A stretch of DNA of 64,000 nt from Clostridia bacterium (GTDB taxonomy: Bacteria; Bacillota; Clostridia; RUG12999): assembly GCA_017467445.1 (NCBI GenBank), contig JAFTSG010000008.1, forward strand, positions 71,953 through 135,952, in the 5' to 3' direction. Below, piece by piece: positions 19,336-29,102 of the stretch. Within the stretch, counting starts at the first letter, position 1. Every line of letters begins with the position of its first letter. Both the position numbers and the translations under genes were made by a program. A model generated the notes under the pieces. The model was given only the letters and a program-made list of their open reading frames with translations. It was not told the DNA's origin and ran no database searches.

Positions 19336-20469
19336 ATGATGCTTTTAAAAAACGCTACTGTTTTTACTGAAAACTGTAGATTTGAAAAAACCGATATAAA
19401 AATTGAAAATGGTAAAATTACCGAAGCAGGAACAAATCTTACAGATACCAAAGTTATGGATTTAACAGGAAAGTACATTATTCCGGGACTTTTTGATATT
19501 CATACTCACGGCGCTGTGGGAACCGATACAATGGACAGTGATTTTGATTTTGAAAAGTGGCAGAAATATTTGTTATCCTATGGGGTAACAACCTTCTTTC
19601 CCACTACAGTAAGTGAGTTTGATGAAAATATATGCGCAACCCTTGAAAGGCTTGCAAAGAACGACAATGTTGTGGGTATTAACCTTGAAGGACCATACAT
19701 TAATGTATCTAAACGTGGCGCACATAACGAAAAAACAATTCGTCCCGCCGATATTACCGAAATGAAAAAATATATTGACATTTCGGGCGGCAAAATCAAA
19801 ATAACTACCGTTGCCCCGGAAATTCCCGGCAATATGGAATTTATAGAAGAGCTTAAAGCTGACGGCAGAGTTGTTATTTCCGCCGGACACAGCGCGGCAG
19901 ATTCCGATACTGCAATTGCTTCGTTTAAAGCAGGTGTTACCAATCTTACACATACATTCAATGCAATGAACGGTCTTCTTCACAGAGAGCCTACCCTTGT
20001 TGGCGCAGCACTTGCAACTGATGGGGTTACCTGCGAGGTTATTTCCGACGGAATACATCTTCACCCTCTTATTGTTCTTATGCTTTATAAAACACTTGGC
20101 AGTGACAGAATGGTGCTTATTTCCGATTCTATGGCTGCTACCGGACTTGCCGACGGAAACTACGTACTTGGTGGCGGCAGCATGGAAGTAATTGTTAAAG
20201 ATTCTGTTGCAAGAACACCAGGCGGTGCTATTGCCGGAAGTACAAAAAACCTTATGCAAATGGTAAGATGTGCTATAGAATTTGGGATACCGAAAGAAGA
20301 AGCAATAAAAATGGCTTCTATTACCCCTGCAAAAGCAGTGGGTATTGATAAAATCTGTGGCAGTATTTCTGCAGGAAAAGCAGCAGACATTGTAATCTGC
20401 GACGAAGCTTTGAATGTCATTAATACATTTAAAGACGGTAATTTGGTTTATAAAAAAAGCGGTGCTTGA
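19336..20469 (+). CDS. nagA: N-acetylglucosamine-6-phosphate deacetylase
   Basis: FDIHTHG metal-binding motif and an amidohydrolase fold of about 375 aa. Start is ATG 19336 or 19339, after GGAAGG; the track start at 19324 is a GTG. Confidence 0.88.
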   Translation: MMLLKNATVFTENCRFEKTDIKIENGKITEAGTNLTDTKVMDLTGKYIIPGLFDIHTHGAVGTDTMDSDFDFEKWQKYLLSYGVTTFFPTTVSEFDENICATLERLAKNDNVVGINLEGPYINVSKRGAHNEKTIRPADITEMKKYIDISGGKIKITTVAPEIPGNMEFIEELKADGRVVISAGHSAADSDTAIASFKAGVTNLTHTFNAMNGLLHREPTLVGAALATDGVTCEVISDGIHLHPLIVLMLYKTLGSDRMVLISDSMAATGLADGNYVLGGGSMEVIVKDSVARTPGGAIAGSTKNLMQMVRCAIEFGIPKEEAIKMASITPAKAVGIDKICGSISAGKAADIVICDEALNVINTFKDGNLVYKKSGA

Positions 20470-20478
20470 TGCACCGCT
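20458..20478. terminator. bidirectional intrinsic terminator shared by nagA (+) and rhaB (-)
   Basis: The stem is AGCGGTGC / GCACCGCT with a TTGAT loop that contains the nagA stop codon. It is flanked by A- and T-runs. Confidence 0.85.
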
Positions 20479-20487
20479 TTTTATGTT

Positions 20488-21972
20488 TTACTTATCGAGA
20501 ACTTTTAAGAATCTGCCGTATGCTTCTTCCCACATTTCGTGGTTTTCAGGCATATATTCAACAGTATCAAACGAGTTTTTAACAATTTTTCTTGCTTCTT
20601 TAAGGTCTTTTATTTTACCAAGTGCAGTAAGCTGCATAAGCGCATTACCAAGACTTGTTGCTTCAACCGGGCCTGCAACAACACGTTTTCCTGTTGCATT
20701 TGCAATAAACTTGCACAACAGCTTGTTTTGAATACCACCGCCAAGCATATGGATTGTATCAAGTTTTTTGCCCATTACATTTTCAAGACCTTTTATTGTA
20801 TATGCACATTTTAAAGCAAGACTCTGCAAAATTGTTCTTACAATTTCACCTTCCGTTTTCGGAACGCTCTGCCCTGTTTTTTCGCAGAACTCCCTTATTC
20901 TTCGAGGCATATTTCCCGGACCTGCAAACGTCATGTTATCAGGGTCAATAAATGACATAAGTTCAGGTGCATCACAAGCAAGTTCTGTAAGTTCAACAAA
21001 ACTGTATTCTTTACCCTCACGTTCCCACTGACGTCTGCTTTCTTGAAAAATCCAAAGTCCCATAATGTTTTTAAGGAATCTTATTGTATCATTAACTCCG
21101 CCTTCGTTAGTTATATCATAATTGTAGGTTTCGTCATTTATAAGCGGCTCTCCAAGTTCAACACCCATAAGTGCCCAAGTACCGCTGCTGATATATGCAT
21201 AATCATAATCTCCGTCAACAGGTACACTTGCAACCGCAGATGCTGTATCGTGTGAACCTATTGCAATTACAGGGATTTTATTTACTCCGAGTTCTTCGCA
21301 AAGTTCATCTGTTAAGTAACCAATGATTTCTCCCGGTTTTACGATTTCACAGAATATATCAGACGGAATACCCATTTTATCCATAAGCTCTTTATCCCAT
21401 TTCTTTTCGTACGGATTAAGAAGCTGTGAGGTTGAAGAAATTGTATATTCGTTTTTCATTTCGCCTGTAAGGAAATAGTTGAAAATATCCGGTGTGAAGA
21501 GAAGTTTGTCTGCTATTTTAAGTACTGGTTCATCATTTTTTACCATTGAAAGAAGCTGAAATATTGTATTGAAGAAATTAAACTGAATTCCTGTACGTTC
21601 AAAAATATATTTTTTACCTACAAGTTCATCAGCGTATTCAATCATTCCATTTGTTCTTTCATCACGGTAATGGTACGGGTTTGAAATAAGGTTTCCGTTT
21701 TTGTCAAAAAGACCAAAATCTACGCCCCATGTGTCAATACCGATAGATTCGATATCCTTATGTCCGGCATTAATTGTTTTTAAAATGCCCTGTTTGATTT
21801 CGTGAAACAGCCTTAAAATGTCCCATCTGAAAGTTTTGCCTACAAGTACCGGGTCGTTTGAAAATCTGTGCATTTCCTCCATTGTTACTTTGTTGCCGTC
21901 AAATTCGAAAAGCATTGCTCTTCCACTTGATGCACCAAAGTCAAAAGCAAGTATTTTTGAAGTGTTAGCCAT
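20488..21972 (-). CDS. rhaB: FGGY-family sugar kinase, rhamnulokinase-like
   Basis: FDFGASSGRAM.., ..EMHRFSN.., ..IGIDTWGVDF.. and ..YRDERTNGM.. parallel E. coli and B. subtilis RhaB blocks. Confidence 0.75.
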   Translation of the reverse strand: MANTSKILAFDFGASSGRAMLFEFDGNKVTMEEMHRFSNDPVLVGKTFRWDILRLFHEIKQGILKTINAGHKDIESIGIDTWGVDFGLFDKNGNLISNPYHYRDERTNGMIEYADELVGKKYIFERTGIQFNFFNTIFQLLSMVKNDEPVLKIADKLLFTPDIFNYFLTGEMKNEYTISSTSQLLNPYEKKWDKELMDKMGIPSDIFCEIVKPGEIIGYLTDELCEELGVNKIPVIAIGSHDTASAVASVPVDGDYDYAYISSGTWALMGVELGEPLINDETYNYDITNEGGVNDTIRFLKNIMGLWIFQESRRQWEREGKEYSFVELTELACDAPELMSFIDPDNMTFAGPGNMPRRIREFCEKTGQSVPKTEGEIVRTILQSLALKCAYTIKGLENVMGKKLDTIHMLGGGIQNKLLCKFIANATGKRVVAGPVEATSLGNALMQLTALGKIKDLKEARKIVKNSFDTVEYMPENHEMWEEAYGRFLKVLDK

Positions 21973-21995
21973 AATTCTATGTCCCCTATCTTTGA

Positions 21996-22628
21996 TTATT
22001 TACCATATCTTGATGCAAGTTCTTCGTAAACTTCTGCCCAAGTAAGTCCTTTGTTTACCATAAGAACAGACAAGTGGTACATAAGGTCTGCAATTTCATA
22101 TCTAATTTCGCCTGTACCTTCATTTTTTGCACCAATAATTACCTCACTTGTTTCTTCCCCAACTTTTTTAAGTATTTTATCTATACCTTTATCAAGAAGA
22201 TAGTTTGTATAAGAACCTTCTTTCGGGTTATTTTTTCTGTCAACAACTACGTTGTAAACTTCCTGAAGAATTGCTGCATCTGCTTTATCGTTATTATCAA
22301 CTATTTCGCCATTTTCGACTTTTCTGTAGAAACAGCTGTCATTTCCTGTGTGGCAGGACGGACCGGCAGGCTCTGCTTTTATAATAAGACAATCTGCATC
22401 GCAATCTACAAGAATGTTTTTAACATTCAGGAAGTTGCCGGATGTTTCGCCTTTTACCCAAAGGTTCCCCCTGCTTCTGCTGAAGAAAGTAGCTTTACCA
22501 GTTTCAACAGTTTGTTCAAGAGATTCCTTATTCATATATGCAACCATTAAAACTTTATTGGATGCATAGTGCTGCACAACTGCAGGAACAAGACCTTTCT
22601 CATCAAATTTAATTTCATCATAAAACAT
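21996..22628 (-). CDS. hisIE: bifunctional phosphoribosyl-AMP cyclohydrolase / phosphoribosyl-ATP pyrophosphatase
   Basis: An N-terminal HisI region (..[23 protein letters not shown]..) is fused to a C-terminal HisE region. Start ATG 22628 follows AAGGGGG. Confidence 0.9.
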   Translation of the reverse strand: MFYDEIKFDEKGLVPAVVQHYASNKVLMVAYMNKESLEQTVETGKATFFSRSRGNLWVKGETSGNFLNVKNILVDCDADCLIIKAEPAGPSCHTGNDSCFYRKVENGEIVDNNDKADAAILQEVYNVVVDRKNNPKEGSYTNYLLDKGIDKILKKVGEETSEVIIGAKNEGTGEIRYEIADLMYHLSVLMVNKGLTWAEVYEELASRYGK

Positions 22629-22641
22629 TTTATGTGCCCCC

Positions 22642-23403
22642 TTATATTCTAACCTCAATATTTTCATTTTTAAGATACTGTTTCAAATCCATAATTTCCA
22701 TTTCTTTATAATGGAACAAGGATGCTACAAGCGCCGCATCGGCTTTTCCTTTTGTAAATACATCTTTAAAATGCTCAAGCTTTCCTGCACCGCCGGATGC
22801 AATCACCGGAATGTTAAGTTCAGAAGAAATTTCGCTTGTAATACCAATATCATATCCCTCTTTAGTACCGTCGGCATTCATACTCGTAAGAAGTATTTCG
22901 CCGGCACCAAGGCTCTCAACTTTTTTTGCCCACTCAACTGCGTCAAGACCTGTATTTATTCGTCCGCCGTTTATGTACACGTCATATCCGCTTGCGGTTT
23001 CACGTTTTTTCACGTCAATTGCAACAACAACACACTGGCTACCAAATTTAAGCGCCGCTTCGGTTATAAGTTCGGGAGTTTTAACAGCTGAAGAGTTGAT
23101 TGATATTTTATCCGCACCTTCTTTAAGAATATCACGAAAATCATGGACTGTTCTTATTCCGCCACCTACCGTAAACGGAATAAACACCTTTCTTGCGGTT
23201 TCGCGCACAACATCAAGCAGTATGCTCCTTGCATCAGAGCTTGCTGTTATATCAAGAAAAACAAGTTCGTCTGCACCCGCTTTATCATACATTTGCGCAA
23301 TTTCAACGGGATCTCCCGCATCACGCAGATTTACAAAATTAACACCTTTAACAACCCTGCCGCCGTGAACATCAAGGCAAGGAATAATACGTTTTGAAAG
23401 CAT
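22642..23403 (-). CDS. hisF: imidazole glycerol phosphate synthase cyclase subunit
   Basis: [18 protein letters not shown].. is a canonical HisF N-terminus. Confidence 0.95.
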   Translation of the reverse strand: MLSKRIIPCLDVHGGRVVKGVNFVNLRDAGDPVEIAQMYDKAGADELVFLDITASSDARSILLDVVRETARKVFIPFTVGGGIRTVHDFRDILKEGADKISINSSAVKTPELITEAALKFGSQCVVVAIDVKKRETASGYDVYINGGRINTGLDAVEWAKKVESLGAGEILLTSMNADGTKEGYDIGITSEISSELNIPVIASGGAGKLEHFKDVFTKGKADAALVASLFHYKEMEIMDLKQYLKNENIEVRI

Positions 23404-23407
23404 TATG

Positions 23408-24121
23408 CTACCACCTTTTTAATACTTTTTCCAAATCTACTCTACCGTCGTATATCGCTTTACCTACAATTGCGCCCGATACACCGCATTTTTCAAGATT
23501 TTCAAGGTCTTTTTCTTCGCTTACACCGCCGGACGCAATTACATCCATACCTGTTTTTTCAAGCATTTCTTTCATTGCTTCAAGGTTTGGTCCTTTAAGC
23601 ATTCCGTCGGTTGCAATGTCTGTATAAATAACGGTTTTTATACCGTAATTTTTCATTTTAAGTGCAAGGTCAATTGCCGAAACATTTGACACTTCAACCC
23701 ATCCTTCAACGGCAACCATACCGTCTTTAGCATCAATTCCAACTACAACCCTGTCACCGAATTTTTCTGCCGCTTCTTTTGCAAAATCAGGATTTTTAAC
23801 TGCCGCTGTGCCAAGAATTACTCTTGATACGCCGAGCGAAAGAACGTATTCTACGTTTTCCATTGTTCTGATACCGCCGCCAAGCTGAACAGGCACATCG
23901 CCCGCCGCTTCGCAAATGCTTTTAATTGCATCTGCATTTGTGGTTTTTCCGTCTTTTGCTCCGTCAAGGTCAACCATATGTATAAATTTTGCGCCTTTTT
24001 TCACAAATTCTTTCGCCATATCGCCGGGGTTTTCGCTGTATACAGTTACTTTACCAAAATCGCCTTGACGAAGACGCACACATTTACCGTCTTTTAAATC
24101 TATTGCCGGATATATAATCAA
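23408..24121 (-). CDS. hisA: ProFAR isomerase
   Basis: (M)[16 protein letters not shown] is the canonical N-terminus. I prefer TTG 24121, 7 nt after AAGGAAG. The alternative is GTG 24139, which overlaps the hisH stop. Confidence 0.9.
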   Translation of the reverse strand: MIIYPAIDLKDGKCVRLRQGDFGKVTVYSENPGDMAKEFVKKGAKFIHMVDLDGAKDGKTTNADAIKSICEAAGDVPVQLGGGIRTMENVEYVLSLGVSRVILGTAAVKNPDFAKEAAEKFGDRVVVGIDAKDGMVAVEGWVEVSNVSAIDLALKMKNYGIKTVIYTDIATDGMLKGPNLEAMKEMLEKTGMDVIASGGVSEEKDLENLEKCGVSGAIVGKAIYDGRVDLEKVLKRW

Positions 24122-24135
24122 GCCCCATCTTCCTT

Positions 24136-24738
24136 TCACATTTTTGCAAAGTTTTCAAGCATTTTAAGTCCTGCCGTGCCGCTTTTTTCCGGATGGAACT
24201 GCGTTGCATACACATTCTTTTTATGTACTGCAATATCAAGTTCATCTCCGTATGTTACGGATGCAACCGAATCTTCGGGATTTTCGGGAGATGCATAATA
24301 TGAATGAACAAAATACACAAATTCACCGTCTTTAATTCCATCAAACAGTTTGCAGTCACGTTTAAATTTAAGGTTATTCCAGCCCATCTGCGGTATTTTA
24401 AGCTCGACTCTTTTGATTTTTACTATTTTACCTTTAAAATAACCAAGACCTTTTACGCCGGGAGTTTCCTCACTTTCTTCAAATAAAAGCTGAAGTCCAA
24501 GGCATATTCCAAGAAGCGGTTTGCCGCTTGCAATATAGTCCATTACAGTTTTGTCAAGACCTGACGCCGTAAGTTCGCCCATTGCATCGCCAAATGCGCC
24601 CACGCCCGGCAGAATTGCTTTATCTGCCGACATAATAACATTCGGGTCGCTTGTTATAACAGCATCCTGCCCAAGATATTCAAGTGCCTTATGTACGCTT
24701 TTAAGATTACCTGCGCCATAATCAATAATTGCTATCAT
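24136..24738 (-). CDS. hisH: imidazole glycerol phosphate synthase glutamine amidotransferase subunit
   Basis: [19 protein letters not shown]..: GATase-I Cys motif. Confidence 0.95.
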   Translation of the reverse strand: MIAIIDYGAGNLKSVHKALEYLGQDAVITSDPNVIMSADKAILPGVGAFGDAMGELTASGLDKTVMDYIASGKPLLGICLGLQLLFEESEETPGVKGLGYFKGKIVKIKRVELKIPQMGWNNLKFKRDCKLFDGIKDGEFVYFVHSYYASPENPEDSVASVTYGDELDIAVHKKNVYATQFHPEKSGTAGLKMLENFAKM

Positions 24739-25382
24739 CAGTCTACCTCATTTATAAGCTTGTTTAAGTTTTCAACAACATCCATTATACGGCCTGGTTC
24801 CATTTTCATGCTTACGCGGTTAACAACCATCCATGCACTAAGTGGGCATACATCTTCAAGCACGGTAAGTCCGTTTTCATAAAGAGTTTTTCCGCTTTCA
24901 ACTATATCAACAATTACTTCGGAAAGTCCTACAATAGGTGCAAGTTCAACAGAGCCGCTAAGAGGAATTATTTCAATTGTCTGTCCGCATGCTTTTCTAA
25001 AATATTCTCTTGCAATATTCGGATATTTTGTTGCAACACGAAGAGTGTTACTTGTATGCAGTTTATCTTTCATTTCCTGTGGTCCGCATACCGCCATTTT
25101 GCAGGCACCAAAACCAAGGTTTAATGTTTCATAAAGGTTTCGTCCTTCTTCAAGGATTGTATCTCTTCCTACAATACCGATATCGGCTGCGCCGTATTCA
25201 ACATAAACCGGTACATCGGAAGCTTTTACGAGTATAAACTTGAATTTCTTTTCTTCATCAACAAAGATAAGCTTACGGGTTTTTTCTTTCATTTCAGCTA
25301 CGTTGTAACCAAGCTTTTCAAAAAGGGCTACTGCAGTATCTGCAAGTCTTCCTTTTGCAAGCGCAACAGTAATATAATTCAT
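24738..25382 (-). CDS. hisG: ATP phosphoribosyltransferase, short form
   Basis: 214 aa with an ..ALAKGRL.. N-terminus, paired with hisZ. Its stop overlaps the hisH start (TGATG). Confidence 0.93.
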   Translation of the reverse strand: MNYITVALAKGRLADTAVALFEKLGYNVAEMKEKTRKLIFVDEEKKFKFILVKASDVPVYVEYGAADIGIVGRDTILEEGRNLYETLNLGFGACKMAVCGPQEMKDKLHTSNTLRVATKYPNIAREYFRKACGQTIEIIPLSGSVELAPIVGLSEVIVDIVESGKTLYENGLTVLEDVCPLSAWMVVNRVSMKMEPGRIMDVVENLNKLINEVD

Positions 25383-25394
25383 ATCTCTACCCCC

Positions 25395-26618
25395 TTAAGC
25401 TTCAATTTCAAGCGGAGAGCCGCTTACTGTATCAATACATTTTATGTCTTTACCGACAGTTACAAATTTCAAAATTGCCTTTTCTTTCGCATAATCAAGA
25501 GAATTTCCGCATCCCATATATATTTCGCAGGCTTTGCCGCCCGCTCTTATTTTTTTTGCAAGTGCTATTGCTTCGCCGCGGAAACCGTTTTCATAAGAAA
25601 TAAGGTAGTCTGCTGACGAAACTTCAAATTCTGCGCCATTACGTTCAAGCGCTGCAAGAATTCTGTCCACCCAAAGAGCAACCCCTGTTGACGGCATATT
25701 TTTGCCGAAACGTTTGATAAGATTATCATAACGTCCGCCACCGCAAATCGGGAATCCTACGTGATGTGCAAATCCTTTGAATATCATGCCTGTATAATAA
25801 TCAAAGCTTTGTGCAAGACCAAGGTCGAATGATATGTATTTTTCAAGTTCGTATTCGCAAAGTATTGTATAGATTTCTTTAAGCTCAGCAAGTGCCTGTT
25901 TTGAAAGGTCGTTAAGATTATTTGTATTTACAGTTTCGATAACAGAAATATCGCCAAACAAATACGGAAGTTTTGAAATAATTTCCGCAAGAGCGCTGTC
26001 CACGTTATGTTCATTTAAAAAGCCCTGTATGCTGATAAAGTCTTTTCTGTTAAGAATATCACGAATTTCGTCTTCAGCATCGTTATCAAGACCTGCCTGT
26101 ATTACAATACCTTTAAAAAATCCTGCGTGACCGATTTCAATCTGGAAAGATTTTAGTCCTGATTTCAAAAGCGCATCAATTGTAAGGGCAATTATTTCGC
26201 TGTCCGCCTGTGTTCCGCCCTCGCCCATAAATTCAACACCCGCCTGAATAAATTCTTTCTGGCGAACGTTGCTGTAGGCTTCATTGTTTAAAAATGCTTT
26301 ACCTGTATATCCAAGTTTAAGGATGGATTTATCGGCAAATTTTGTTGCACTCATTCTTGCTATTGCCGGTGTAAAGTCCGGACGCATTGCAAGAATATCG
26401 CCGTTTGCATCAAAGAATTTAATCATTGATGTAAGGTCGGTATTTTTGTTTTTATCAGTAAAAACATCAATATATTCAAACATTGGAGGTTCAACAATAT
26501 CATATCCGTACGATTTAAAGCAGTCTAAAAACTTGTCCTGAAGTTCTTTTGATGAATTGCAGGCGGATATAAGTAAATCTGCTGTTCCTTCCGGAGTATA
26601 GAGTCTGTTATCTTTCAA
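25395..26618 (-). CDS. hisZ: ATP phosphoribosyltransferase regulatory subunit (HisRS paralogue)
   Basis: Class-II aaRS-like core without an anticodon-binding function. It lies immediately upstream of a short-form hisG. Confidence 0.88.
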   Translation of the reverse strand: MKDNRLYTPEGTADLLISACNSSKELQDKFLDCFKSYGYDIVEPPMFEYIDVFTDKNKNTDLTSMIKFFDANGDILAMRPDFTPAIARMSATKFADKSILKLGYTGKAFLNNEAYSNVRQKEFIQAGVEFMGEGGTQADSEIIALTIDALLKSGLKSFQIEIGHAGFFKGIVIQAGLDNDAEDEIRDILNRKDFISIQGFLNEHNVDSALAEIISKLPYLFGDISVIETVNTNNLNDLSKQALAELKEIYTILCEYELEKYISFDLGLAQSFDYYTGMIFKGFAHHVGFPICGGGRYDNLIKRFGKNMPSTGVALWVDRILAALERNGAEFEVSSADYLISYENGFRGEAIALAKKIRAGGKACEIYMGCGNSLDYAKEKAILKFVTVGKDIKCIDTVSGSPLEIEA

Positions 26619-27951
26619 TTTTAGTTACCCCTTTTCTATACTTTCTTATATCATATATTACAAGTATGGTAGTTGCCACAAATGCCGGCAAATCCGACAC
26701 GGGCTGTGCATACATAATGCCTTCGTTATTCAGTAGTTTTGGCAAAAGATATAGCGCCGGCACATAAAATATTACCTGCCGCAAAAGCGCCGAAATAAGT
26801 GCTTTCCCTTGTTTTCCTTTTGCCTGAAAATAGCCTGTTGCTACAATCATACCCGCCGAAAGCGGAAGAAGGAAAACTCCTCTTCTTATCCATATGGGTG
26901 CCAGAGGCACGTCTTTCCCAAAAATACCTGCAAGCTGCGGTGCAAAAGCTTCCGCAAGCGTTACAACTACAATAGTAGTAACAATACTTAAAATTGTTGC
27001 CGCATAATAAAACGATATTACACGTTTTTTATTTTCGGCTCCGTAGTTATATCCTATAAGCGATTGTGCACCCTGACTTATTCCCATTGCTGGTACTGTA
27101 AGAAGAGTGACAACACTTGTATAAACACCTGCCGAAGCAAGTGCATCTGTCGAAATAGCCGTTACAACCGTTTTGTTTAAAAGTACTGCTATAAGCGCTG
27201 TTATAAACTGCATAAACGACTGTGCCGAACCGATTTTTGCTATTTCAATTATTTGTTTTATTTTAAACTTAAAGTTTTTAAAACGGAATTTTATTGGAGA
27301 GTACTTTATAAAATAAACAATCACCAGAACACTTGCTATCCCTTGACTTACTGCATTTGCCCATGCCGCACCGATTATTCCAAGTCCCATTTTTGTAACA
27401 AGGATATAATCAAGAATAATGTTCATAACCCCGCCCGAAAGGACTGTTATCATTGCCATTATCGGTTTCCCTGTTGAACGTATTGTATGATTAAGACCAA
27501 ACGCAAAATAGGTAAACACCGAAAATGAAATTATTATTCTTGCATATGGTGTGGCATATTCTACAAGGTCGGGTGTTATTCCAAGCATCAGCAGAATTTG
27601 TTTAATAAAAACAAATCCGAGAACTGATGTTGTTCCTGCAGCTGCTACAATATAAATAAGCGTATGGTTAAGGACATCTACTGCACCTTTTTCATCATTC
27701 TGACCAAGACGTATTGCAACAAGGGTTGAACAGCCCATTCCGCTTAAAACAGACAGTGCCATAATAAACGTTGTTATTGGAAACACCGCCGTTATTGCGG
27801 AAAGTCCTTCTTTCCCGACGCTATTTCCAACAAAAATTCTGTCTGTAATGTTATACAGCGAGTTTATCGCCATTGCCGCAGTTGCGGGTGCAGTAAATTT
27901 TATAAGCAAGGGCAAAATTTTGCCCTTACCCATAACATCTTTGTTTTGCAA
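26608..27951 (-). CDS. MATE-family efflux transporter
   Basis: About 12 predicted TM segments and a MATE-like N-terminal block (..LIKFTAPATAAMAINSLYNITDRIFVG..). Confidence 0.85.
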   Translation of the reverse strand: MQNKDVMGKGKILPLLIKFTAPATAAMAINSLYNITDRIFVGNSVGKEGLSAITAVFPITTFIMALSVLSGMGCSTLVAIRLGQNDEKGAVDVLNHTLIYIVAAAGTTSVLGFVFIKQILLMLGITPDLVEYATPYARIIISFSVFTYFAFGLNHTIRSTGKPIMAMITVLSGGVMNIILDYILVTKMGLGIIGAAWANAVSQGIASVLVIVYFIKYSPIKFRFKNFKFKIKQIIEIAKIGSAQSFMQFITALIAVLLNKTVVTAISTDALASAGVYTSVVTLLTVPAMGISQGAQSLIGYNYGAENKKRVISFYYAATILSIVTTIVVVTLAEAFAPQLAGIFGKDVPLAPIWIRRGVFLLPLSAGMIVATGYFQAKGKQGKALISALLRQVIFYVPALYLLPKLLNNEGIMYAQPVSDLPAFVATTILVIYDIRKYRKGVTKIER

Positions 27952-27959
27952 GGTTTCAC

Positions 27960-29081
27960 CTAGTTTGTTTCAAGATTCCCCACACTTGCAGCTTTAAGAT
28001 AGGCATTGATAAATCCGTCAATATCCCCATCCATAACTGCGCCTATATTTCCCATTTCAAAGTTTGTTCTGTGGTCTTTTACAAGATTGTAAGGATGGAA
28101 AACATAGGACCTTATCTGACTTCCCCATGCGATATCTTTCATATCACCTTTTATGTCTTCAATTTTTTCCATTTTCTCACGTTCAGCAATTTCGAGAAGC
28201 TTTGATTTAAGCATTTTCATACAGGTTTCTCTGTTCTGAATCTGTGAACGTTCTGTCTGACAGGCAACAACAACGCCTGTCGGTATATGTGTTATTCTTA
28301 TTGCGGATTCCGTTTTGTTAACGTGCTGTCCACCCGCACCACTGGAACGGTAAGTATCTACTTTTAAATCTTCGGGACGGATATTGATTTCAATATCGTC
28401 ATCAAATTCCGGCATTACATCAAGTGACGCAAACGAAGTATGTCTTCTTCCCGATGCATCAAACGGCGAAATCCTTACAAGTCTGTGCACACCTTTTTCA
28501 GTTTTTGCATATCCGTATACGTTAACGCCCGACACAAGCATTGTAACACTCTTGATTCCGGCTTCATCGCCATCAAGCATATCAAGCACTTTTATGTCAA
28601 ATCCGCGGCGTTCAGCCCATCTGGTGTACATACGCATAAGCATCTGTGCCCAGTCCTGAGCTTCTGTACCACCGGCGCCTGCATGAAGCGAAATAATTGC
28701 ATTATTCTTGTCATACGGACCTGTAAGAAGTGTTTCAAGACGCATATTTTCATATGTTTCGTGAAACTCTTTACAACCGTCAATAAGTTCAGAAACCATT
28801 CCCTCGTCGTTTTCTTCAATTGCCATTTCGATAAGGGTTATTAAATCTTCCCTTTGTTCGCAAAGCTTTTCATAGTTTTGCTTTTTATCATTAAGCTGTT
28901 TTATTTTCTTAAGAATTTTTGCTGAATTTTCTGCATCATCCCAAAACCCCGGTGCCGATGTTTTAGCTTCGAGTTCTTTTACTTCTTCTTCGGCTTTAAC
29001 AAGGTTAAGAGAATCTCCCAATTCTTTAATTCCTTCTTCAACAGCTTTCAGATCGGACTTGTACTGTTCAAGTTCAATCAC
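27960..29081 (-). CDS. prfB: peptide chain release factor 2, encoded in one continuous frame
   Basis: SPF (RISPFD) and GGQ (SGAGGQHVN) motifs are present. The N-terminus aligns across the usual frameshift position without an in-frame stop. Confidence 0.93.
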   Translation of the reverse strand: MIELEQYKSDLKAVEEGIKELGDSLNLVKAEEEVKELEAKTSAPGFWDDAENSAKILKKIKQLNDKKQNYEKLCEQREDLITLIEMAIEENDEGMVSELIDGCKEFHETYENMRLETLLTGPYDKNNAIISLHAGAGGTEAQDWAQMLMRMYTRWAERRGFDIKVLDMLDGDEAGIKSVTMLVSGVNVYGYAKTEKGVHRLVRISPFDASGRRHTSFASLDVMPEFDDDIEINIRPEDLKVDTYRSSGAGGQHVNKTESAIRITHIPTGVVVACQTERSQIQNRETCMKMLKSKLLEIAEREKMEKIEDIKGDMKDIAWGSQIRSYVFHPYNLVKDHRTNFEMGNIGAVMDGDIDGFINAYLKAASVGNLETN

Positions 29082-29102
29082 AAAATCACATCCTGTTTAT
29101 TA

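Noticed and set aside
19573-20259. Long antisense ORFs inside real genes. Examples are 19573..20259 (228 aa, antisense to nagA) and 16742..17413 (223 aa, antisense to dnaI). Others are 30501..31064, 33026..33568, 22811..23368, 15200..15709 and 57192..57662.
   Set aside because: Each lies entirely opposite a gene with strong family motifs. Their translations are low-complexity (rich in Cys, Phe, Asn, Lys or Ser), have no SD sequence or promoter, and resemble no family I recognise. They are typical shadow ORFs of AT-rich DNA.
25383-27959. I looked for a T-box, riboswitch or attenuator leader in front of the his genes, and similarly before proC at 48047-48109.
   Set aside because: No non-coding space exists upstream of hisZ because it overlaps the MATE gene. 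The proC leader is about 60 nt, too short for a T-box and without specifier or terminator features.
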